A DNA stretch of 64,000 nt. Origin: a virus. Positions 56,999 to 64,000 of this stretch are shown here, one piece after another. The DNA is taken from IMG/VR virus record IMGVR_UViG_3300021373_003070, one strand, 5' to 3'. Position 1 is the first letter of the stretch; each line of letters starts with the position of its first letter. A model generated the notes under the pieces. That model made no database searches and was not told the DNA's origin. It saw nothing but the letters and a program-made list of their open reading frames with translations. The position numbers were made by a program, and so were the translations under genes.

Positions 56999-57296
56999 AT
57001 CAGCAGTAGACTTACAAGACTTTGACTTTGGTTTTTCGCTTGTAGATGCAGACGAGTTAGACGTCGTACAGCAACTCAAAACAGAGACCACTAATATCTC
57101 TTCAACGGCAGAAGAGTGGGAAGCAAACGCCGAGCAATGGCGATTGAAAGCAAATACCATATACAGTGCAATTATACCTTTGCTTGAAAACCTATCGCAA
57201 TCACCTGAGAAGGAATATATTTTATGGCCGGGTGAAGATCGCGTAAACAAAATCAATGCATTCAAACTAAAGTTAATGCAAATACTGGAGGACTAA
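56991..57296 (+). CDS. Conserved phage hypothetical protein
   Basis: DFDFGFS.VD..EL...PLL.NL...PEKEYI.WP. Confidence 0.65.
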   Translation: MTKSAVDLQDFDFGFSLVDADELDVVQQLKTETTNISSTAEEWEANAEQWRLKANTIYSAIIPLLENLSQSPEKEYILWPGEDRVNKINAFKLKLMQILED

Positions 57297-58139
57297 ATGA
57301 ACATCAATCATCTCGTCTTAGTGATGGGATTGTTGTTGACGGCAGTTGGTGGGTATTTTTCGGTTATTGGTCTCGCAACAATTTTTGCTGGAGCATTTTG
57401 GTCGGTAGTAGTCATGGCGACTACGCTCGAATTATCTAAAGTAGTAGCAGCTTCTTGGATTTACAGAAGCTGGAGTATAGCACCGTTTCTTATACGTCTG
57501 TATATGATTATTGCAGTAGTCGTACTGGTGTTCATCACATCGATGGGTATCTTTGGTTACTTATCAAAGGCGCATGTCGAGCAGACAATCAATCAAGGTG
57601 GAAATAATGAACTTCAAATCGACAGCTTGGAAAGAAAGATTGCAAGGCAGCAATCAATCATTGTGGATTCAGAGACGGTACTCTCGCAATTGGATCAACA
57701 AGTCTCTGTACTCATTCAGTATGACAGAATTCGTGGCCCTTCAGGTTCGATTGCGGTACGCGAAAGTCAATCAGAAGAAAGGAAAGCACTCAACCAGAAG
57801 ATCGATGCTGCGTACGTTCGAATTGAAGAACTCCAAACGGACCTCGCACCGCTACAAAAACAGTCACTTGCGCTTGAAGCGGAAATTGGCCCGCTTAAAT
57901 ATATTGCGGAGTTAATTTACGGAGACGAAGCCCAGTCTTATTTCGATACTGCTGTTCGTTGGATTATTATATTACTCGTCTCTGTATTTGATCCTCTCGC
58001 AGTAACAATGATTATTGCAGGTAACGTTGGACTATCACGAAAAACAATGGTGATACCAATGACAGAAGAAGAAATCATGAAAGACGTTAATATAGATATA
58101 AAAAGAAGATCGAGAGAGGGCCATGGCCTAAGCGGGTAG
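57297..58139 (+). CDS. Multi-TM coiled-coil membrane protein
   Basis: FSVIGL..IF.G, TSMGIFGYLSKAH, EIGPLKYIA, VFDPLAV. Confidence 0.7.
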   Translation: MNINHLVLVMGLLLTAVGGYFSVIGLATIFAGAFWSVVVMATTLELSKVVAASWIYRSWSIAPFLIRLYMIIAVVVLVFITSMGIFGYLSKAHVEQTINQGGNNELQIDSLERKIARQQSIIVDSETVLSQLDQQVSVLIQYDRIRGPSGSIAVRESQSEERKALNQKIDAAYVRIEELQTDLAPLQKQSLALEAEIGPLKYIAELIYGDEAQSYFDTAVRWIIILLVSVFDPLAVTMIIAGNVGLSRKTMVIPMTEEEIMKDVNIDIKRRSREGHGLSG

Positions 58140-58141
58140 AT

Positions 58142-59098
58142 GTGAAGAAATGTTTAGTATTATTAGCTGGCATACCAGAATGGGATTTGATAAAACCCGG
58201 TGAAGATGGTTGGCCAGATTCGATCGTTGAGTCTATTAGATTTAAGCATGTACATCATCGATGGAGAAAGTGGTTAATAGAAAAAAATCCAGACGTTCAG
58301 TTTGATCTTAGACTGTCGTGGGATACTACATTCGTTTCTCCATCCGGTGAGTACCTTAAAAAACATATGGGACTCAAGAAAAGATATATCGATCACGACG
58401 AAACCATTAAATGGATATGTGAAAACTGCATGGGCCGCAATGGCTACAATGATATCGTCGTCAATGACCTGCCTATCGTAGGCAATGGCAAATGGGAACT
58501 ACCAACAGAATTGTCCGATCAAAAAATCTATAGTCCTAATATCATGCCCTTTGTTCGTATGTTTCGAGTATTTCAGCAGACAAAGAACATGGGCTATGAT
58601 TACTTCGTATATGCCAGACCTGATTCATTTATCAAAAGTTCTTTATATCTTGACAAATTTGAGAATACTGCGAGTATCTTTACGCCATCAGAAAATTGGG
58701 GCGGACTGTTCTTCAATAATAAAGACTTCGACTATATGTGGGGAGGCACTTACGAGGCTGTACAGCGTCTCTTACGTTTGTTTGTTAGCGCTCCACACAT
58801 ACAACTACAACCTCATCATACACACAAATTATCTGAAAAACGAAAGCTTGAAATATGTTCTAAGTATGATCTATTCGGCATTCAGTTTCGGAAAGAAGAT
58901 AATGTCACTCGAGATACCGATCAGAGATTATTAGATTATCTCGTTGAGATAGAAAATTATTGGTATGCATGCATTGATATATTTGAGAATGAAGGATACA
59001 ATTTTAGTACGACACATAATCATGGCATATTGTGTATACTAAAGCAAGCTATGTTACAACCGCATCCAAAATATGATAGAGGCGAACGACCTTGGTAA
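58142..59098 (+). CDS. Hypothetical glycosyltransferase-like protein
   Basis: YDYFVYARPD. Confidence 0.5.
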   Translation: MKKCLVLLAGIPEWDLIKPGEDGWPDSIVESIRFKHVHHRWRKWLIEKNPDVQFDLRLSWDTTFVSPSGEYLKKHMGLKKRYIDHDETIKWICENCMGRNGYNDIVVNDLPIVGNGKWELPTELSDQKIYSPNIMPFVRMFRVFQQTKNMGYDYFVYARPDSFIKSSLYLDKFENTASIFTPSENWGGLFFNNKDFDYMWGGTYEAVQRLLRLFVSAPHIQLQPHHTHKLSEKRKLEICSKYDLFGIQFRKEDNVTRDTDQRLLDYLVEIENYWYACIDIFENEGYNFSTTHNHGILCILKQAMLQPHPKYDRGERPW

Positions 59099-59553
59099 TT
59101 ATTGCACATCGTGGAAATACAGCAGGATCAGATAAAGATATCGAGAATAATCCAGAACAAATTGACCGTGTCTATCATCAATATGGTTTTCATAGTGAAA
59201 TCGATTTGTGGCGAATCAATGAGCAACTCTATCTTGGACATGACACGCCTGATTATAAGATAGATTCTGCGTGGTTGAAGATGCGTAGCAATATATTGTG
59301 GATTCATTGTAAAAACATTGAAGCATTTGCCATGTTTCAGAATCATCCATATCGCGAGAAGTTCAATTACTTTTGGCATGAGGAAGACGCATATACAATG
59401 ACGTCACATGGATGGATATGGGCATACCCGGGCAAGAAAGTACCAGACACGTGTAAAGCCATTGCTGTTATGCCTGAAATTACTGGTATGCTGCATAAAG
59501 ATTTGTGTAACTTTCATGGTGTGTGCACAGATTATGGAGTCAACTACCTGTGA
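59092..59553 (+). CDS. Glycerophosphodiester phosphodiesterase-like protein
   Basis: IAHRGN, EN, EID.W, LGHD, WIHCKN. Confidence 0.7.
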   Translation: MVIIAHRGNTAGSDKDIENNPEQIDRVYHQYGFHSEIDLWRINEQLYLGHDTPDYKIDSAWLKMRSNILWIHCKNIEAFAMFQNHPYREKFNYFWHEEDAYTMTSHGWIWAYPGKKVPDTCKAIAVMPEITGMLHKDLCNFHGVCTDYGVNYL

Positions 59554-60890
59554 TAAAACTTATATTATTTGATTTAGATGGTGTACTCATCGATGCAAAA
59601 GATATTCATTATCGAGCCTTGAATAGTGCACTCGGCAAACATTTTAATATCTCTCATGACGAACACTTAAACATATATGATGGTCATAAGACTCGTAAAA
59701 AATTACAGATGCTGACTGAGGCGAAAGGTCTACCACTCGAATTGCATGATGAAATATACAATCGAAAGCAAGCTATTACACAGGTAGAAATAGGTAATCT
59801 AAAACCTAGCAATAAGATAGTCAAACTCTTTCGTCGATTGACAGATGATGGATATAAGATCGGTGTGTGCTCGAATAGTATTCGACAAACGGTGTTGACT
59901 GCTCTCGCAAAATCACAGCTAATAGAATTCTGTTCTGTTATCATATCCAACGAAGACGTAAAGAATAGTAAGCCTCATCCAGAAATGTATTGGAAGGCAA
60001 TGTCAATCATGAGTGTGCTACCTGAAGAGACAATCATTATTGAAGATTCACCGCCAGGTCTATTGGCAGCTGAACGTTCACGCGCACAATATATAAGAGT
60101 AACATCTCCTCGTGATGTGACGATAGATAATATACTGCCGCAAATAAACGGTGATCCAATTGTACATAAATGGAAGAATGATAAGATGAATGTATTGATT
60201 CCCATGGCCGGCGCTGGTTCGAGATTCGCCGAAGCTGGTTATACTTTTCCTAAGCCTCTTATTCAGGTCAATGACAGGCCGATGATCGAACTTGTTGTCA
60301 ATAATATTGGCATCGAAGCTAACTATATTTTCGTTGTTCAAAAAGAACATCGCATCAAATTCAATCTCGACACAATGCTATCATTGATTGCACCTCGCTG
60401 TCAGATTGTCGAAGTAGATGGCATTACCGAAGGCGCAGCATGTACTGCACTTTTAGCAAAAGAATTTATTGACAACGATGAACCATTATTCTTTGCCAAT
60501 AGTGATCAATATGTTGAATGGAATCCTGTTGAATTCATGTATGAAATGCAAGAAAGACAGGCAGATGGTGGCATTGTAACATTTAAAGCAACACATCCAA
60601 AGTGGTCATTCGCTGAAGTTGTAGACGGATATGTGACACGTGTTGCTGAGAAGGATCCAATTAGTGATGAGGCTACGGTAGGATTCTACTATTGGAAATA
60701 TGGATCTGACTTTGTAAAATATGCAGAGCAGATGATTGAGAAAGATGTACGTGTCAATAATGAATTCTATGTGTGTCCAGTCTTTAATGAGGCCATCGGC
60801 GATGATAAGAAGATAAGAACATACCGAGCTGAGAAGATGTGGGGTCTTGGTACTCCTGAAGATTTGGAATATTATTTGGAGAAGAATTGA
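59550..60890 (+). CDS. HAD phosphatase fused to a sugar-phosphate nucleotidyltransferase
   Basis: FDLDGVL...KPHP...IEDS; IPMAGAGSRF...PKPLI, EKDPIS, LGTPEDL. Confidence 0.85.
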   Translation: MIKLILFDLDGVLIDAKDIHYRALNSALGKHFNISHDEHLNIYDGHKTRKKLQMLTEAKGLPLELHDEIYNRKQAITQVEIGNLKPSNKIVKLFRRLTDDGYKIGVCSNSIRQTVLTALAKSQLIEFCSVIISNEDVKNSKPHPEMYWKAMSIMSVLPEETIIIEDSPPGLLAAERSRAQYIRVTSPRDVTIDNILPQINGDPIVHKWKNDKMNVLIPMAGAGSRFAEAGYTFPKPLIQVNDRPMIELVVNNIGIEANYIFVVQKEHRIKFNLDTMLSLIAPRCQIVEVDGITEGAACTALLAKEFIDNDEPLFFANSDQYVEWNPVEFMYEMQERQADGGIVTFKATHPKWSFAEVVDGYVTRVAEKDPISDEATVGFYYWKYGSDFVKYAEQMIEKDVRVNNEFYVCPVFNEAIGDDKKIRTYRAEKMWGLGTPEDLEYYLEKN

Positions 60891-61843
60891 TGCCAAAGAA
60901 AGTAGCAGTATTTTTCTCCGGTCTATTACGTGGACCATTTGAAAAGTATGCTGAACAAATAACACAATGTTTCGATCCTGAATACACTGACTTTTTCTAT
61001 ACAACATGGAAACGAAAGTATGGTCAGAGTGAGTGGGATAATAAAACTGATGGATGGAAAACACGTCTTAAACATCCACCTCGTAGTGCACTCATCAATC
61101 ATTATTTCGATGAACCAGAGCAAAACTTTCAATACGATCTCTTATCTGTTCGTGAATATATTCGAGCATATAGGAAAATGGAAGAAGAATATAACTGGGA
61201 CATCAGCAAACTACCTCGCATTATTACTAACTCCGGTAAGAAAACTGTTGAGCAAGTAAAAGACGATCTCATCAACCCAGCACGTAATTTTAGGATGATG
61301 AGACATCAACACAAACAAACACTTGCACATGCATGGGCTGTCGATCATTTGATTGATCGCAGAAAATACGATTTGATTGTAAGAGTACGATACGATACTG
61401 TTGCAATGCGTGGACTCAGAGACAACATGTCCACACTCCTAGATCTTTGTTATGATACTAAGATGCCTATAGGATTCAACTACCTTAATTACTGGGGTAT
61501 GACGAATATGTATCCGGGCAGATTCGAGTTAAAGTATCATCCGACCGAAGATCTACATGACTTTATGATTATTCATAGAGCAGATCAGATTGACGTTAAC
61601 TATATCAACTACTTATACCAAGAGAAGAAAATGTGTATCGCTGAAACAGGATGGTATCAAGCACTGTGTTTGCCATACGACTGTTTTAGTTGGGAGACAC
61701 TCGGTCTTGTCAAGCTCCATGCTCAGCATGTAGATGAACAGAAATGGTTTGATTGGTACAGAAAACAACCGTCTGAATCATATAAGAATTCGTATCAAGA
61801 AAAAATGAAAGCTGTGGTAGGAAACGTAGGAGCAAACTTATGA
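60887..61843 (+). CDS. Hypothetical glycosyltransferase-like protein
   Basis: KVAV.FSG..R, FYTTW, YDLIVRVRYD, HDFMII. Confidence 0.55.
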   Translation: MMPKKVAVFFSGLLRGPFEKYAEQITQCFDPEYTDFFYTTWKRKYGQSEWDNKTDGWKTRLKHPPRSALINHYFDEPEQNFQYDLLSVREYIRAYRKMEEEYNWDISKLPRIITNSGKKTVEQVKDDLINPARNFRMMRHQHKQTLAHAWAVDHLIDRRKYDLIVRVRYDTVAMRGLRDNMSTLLDLCYDTKMPIGFNYLNYWGMTNMYPGRFELKYHPTEDLHDFMIIHRADQIDVNYINYLYQEKKMCIAETGWYQALCLPYDCFSWETLGLVKLHAQHVDEQKWFDWYRKQPSESYKNSYQEKMKAVVGNVGANL

Positions 61844-62160
61844 AGTTTACTGTGGTAACAAATCAAAAGTGGTTGTTCTGGGCAGGTGGCATGGTCATCT
61901 ATCCTTTCGTTATTATAAAAGGTCGTGTTCTCAGTAAACGTCTCTTTCGACATGAACTAGAACATTGCTATCAAATTGAACGCATGGGTGTCTGGAAATT
62001 TTATCTGAGTTACATTGGAAAATATCTGCTAAAAGGATATTGGCATCACCCGTACGAGAGAGAAGCACGTCAAGTAGAATACGATGCCCTTACATCTCGA
62101 GAAGAAGAATGGTATAAGACAGGCAAGATCGATCTGTCTAAGAAGTGGCTCGAAGACTAG
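61840..62160 (+). CDS. Small HExxH metallopeptidase-like protein
   Basis: RHELEH..Q...Y...PYEREA. Confidence 0.6.
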   Translation: MKFTVVTNQKWLFWAGGMVIYPFVIIKGRVLSKRLFRHELEHCYQIERMGVWKFYLSYIGKYLLKGYWHHPYEREARQVEYDALTSREEEWYKTGKIDLSKKWLED

Positions 62161-62189
62161 TGTACAAAATCATCATTATGCTGTAGAAT
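62161..62189 (+). promoter_or_regulatory. Early promoter TGTACA-N17-TAGAAT
   Basis: Recurrent motif. Confidence 0.7.
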
Positions 62190-62195
62190 ATGCAG

Positions 62196-62849
62196 ATGAT
62201 TGGTAAAAATAAATATGGTTCGTATTCGGTACCTGAGAGTTCTTCTTGGCGTGTTTGCGCGCAGCAAATACTTGCCGGTAAAGTATACGAGCCTGATACA
62301 ATCTCTTATATGATCGAAAATTGTGGTGATGGTAGTATCATACATGCCGGCACATATTTTGGTGACTTCTTACCTGCCCTTTCACGGCACTGTCAAAACA
62401 CAGTCTATGCATTCGAACCTAACACAGAAAATTATGAGCATGCTAGAGCGACATGTGACATGAATGATTGTTGGAATGTGGACCTTCATCACTATGCGTT
62501 AGGCAATGATGAAACGATGGTCAACTTAGAAGTCACATCTCATGGTAGATCTGCCGGCGGCATTAGTAAAGTCGTATCATTTGCTTCAGACAAAACTGAA
62601 AGAGTCAAACAGGTTAGACTCGATGATGTTATACCAGACGAACCTATCAGTATTCTGCAACTCGATGTCGAAGGACACGAAGCATTGGCCATCGAAGGTG
62701 CTTTACGTATCATCGAAGAAAATAATCCTATTATTATTGTTGAAGGCAAAAATGCATTCGACATACTACAACAACTTGAGTACAAATTAATCAAACACAT
62801 ACATCTAAATACTGTATGGAAACGAACATTAAATAATGGAGAGACTTAA
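62196..62849 (+). CDS. FkbM-family methyltransferase
   Basis: HAGTYFG, VYAFEP, LQLDVEGHE. Confidence 0.8.
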   Translation: MIGKNKYGSYSVPESSSWRVCAQQILAGKVYEPDTISYMIENCGDGSIIHAGTYFGDFLPALSRHCQNTVYAFEPNTENYEHARATCDMNDCWNVDLHHYALGNDETMVNLEVTSHGRSAGGISKVVSFASDKTERVKQVRLDDVIPDEPISILQLDVEGHEALAIEGALRIIEENNPIIIVEGKNAFDILQQLEYKLIKHIHLNTVWKRTLNNGET

Positions 62850-63904
62850 TGTCTGTATTGGCAAAACTAAAGAAAAATTCAACAATCAAGGATACAGCTA
62901 TCCTCACTGAATCAAAGTTCTTTACACAAAAAGACATGATTCCAACATCTATTCCTGTCATCAACGTTGCATTAAGTGGACGACTTGATGGCGGTCTTAC
63001 ACCCGGCTTAACAATGTGGGCCGGCCCTTCTAAACACTTTAAAACGGCATTTAGTCTACTCATGGCTAAAGCATACATGGACAAATATAATGATGCAGCG
63101 CTTTTATTCTATGATTCGGAGTTTGGTACTCCTCAATCCTATTTTGATTCCTTCGGTATTGACTCTGATCGTGTTCTACATACTCCTATTACTGATGTCG
63201 AACAACTAAAATTCGATATTATGAAGCAGCTTGATCAAGTTGATCGTGGCGATAAAGTGATTATTATTGTTGATTCCATCGGTAACTTGGCTTCGAAGAA
63301 AGAAGTTGAGGATGCATTGAACGAGAAAGCTGTGGCTGATATGTCACGCGCTAAACAGATCAAGTCATTGTTCCGTATGGTCACACCACATCTTACACTC
63401 AAAGACATTCCTATGGTTGTAGTCAATCACACATACAAAGAGATGAGTCTCTTTCCGAAAGACATTGTTGGTGGTGGTACAGGTTCTTACTACTCAGCTG
63501 ACAATATCTACATCATCGGTCGTCAGCAAGAAAAGCAAGGCAAGGATGTGGTTGGTTACAACTTTATTATTAACGTGGAGAAATCACGACATGTTCGAGA
63601 GAAATCTAAGATACCTGTTACTGTTACTCACAACGGTGGTCTTTCTAGGTGGAGTGGACTCCTTGAGATGGCCCTCCAAGGTGGATTCGTCGTCAAACCA
63701 AGTAATGGCTGGTACGCGAGGGTAAATGCAGAAACAGGTGAAGTCGAAGACAAAAAGTTCAGACTCAATGATACTGACTCATCAGATTTTTGGATGCCTA
63801 TTCTTACTCAATCAAACTTCTCAGAGTACGTAAAGAATACATATTCAGTAGCACACGATTCGATTATTAAAGATGACGAAGTAGAGGATTTCCTAAGTGC
63901 TTGA
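62849..63904 (+). CDS. uvsX: RecA-like recombinase UvsX
   Basis: AGPSKHFKT, FYDSEFG, DSIGNLASKKE, DMSRAK..KSLFR. Confidence 0.96.
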   Translation: MSVLAKLKKNSTIKDTAILTESKFFTQKDMIPTSIPVINVALSGRLDGGLTPGLTMWAGPSKHFKTAFSLLMAKAYMDKYNDAALLFYDSEFGTPQSYFDSFGIDSDRVLHTPITDVEQLKFDIMKQLDQVDRGDKVIIIVDSIGNLASKKEVEDALNEKAVADMSRAKQIKSLFRMVTPHLTLKDIPMVVVNHTYKEMSLFPKDIVGGGTGSYYSADNIYIIGRQQEKQGKDVVGYNFIINVEKSRHVREKSKIPVTVTHNGGLSRWSGLLEMALQGGFVVKPSNGWYARVNAETGEVEDKKFRLNDTDSSDFWMPILTQSNFSEYVKNTYSVAHDSIIKDDEVEDFLSA

Positions 63905-64000
63905 TGAATCTACAATAGCATTGCTTGTACTTTTTCTGCCAATCAGTGTAATATGGTGGTTGATCAAAGGCGGAGATGATGATGACTAGTGATGCTTCAA

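Noticed and set aside
1-64000. Introns, inteins, reverse transcriptase/DGR, 7-deazaguanine or dZ pathways, genetic-code reassignment
   Set aside because: Core genes are uninterrupted and of normal length in the standard code; no such motifs were recognised

Overview
This 64-kb window is part of a large T4-like (Straboviridae/Kyanoviridae-type) myophage genome. The host is probably a marine Gram-negative proteobacterium, most likely gamma; this is inferred from the tmRNA tag, spanin pair, IHF sites and a TonB-box peptide. Almost all genes are on the + strand. Gene order: terminase (partial), sheath, tube, portal, a ~10.5-kb insertion of collagen-like and Thr/Asn-rich virion proteins, gp21-22-23, gp3, uvsY, uvsW, gp55, gp47/46, a DNA-modification island (26.4-36.2 kb), gp45, a late membrane/secreted operon, gp44/62, regA, an accessory region with RNA genes and auxiliary genes (cytochrome c, 2OG oxygenases, glycosyltransferases, Hsp20), lysozyme, gp43, a sugar-nucleotide cluster, and uvsX. 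Two candidates for new biology stand out. (1) A putative hydroxymethyl-CYTOSINE hypermodification pathway: a T4 gp42-type dCMP hydroxymethylase clustered with enzyme families otherwise known from hydroxymethyl-URACIL hypermodification (two aGPT-PPlase1/5-HMUDK-like proteins and a fold-II PLP enzyme), a BGT-N-domain/SGNH fusion, and a C5-methyltransferase homologue with a non-canonical SAM motif. (2) A circularly permuted, two-piece tmRNA gene with a gammaproteobacterial-type tag (ANDDNYYGDYALAA) and a structured intervening sequence. All family assignments come from motif recognition by eye; no searches were run.
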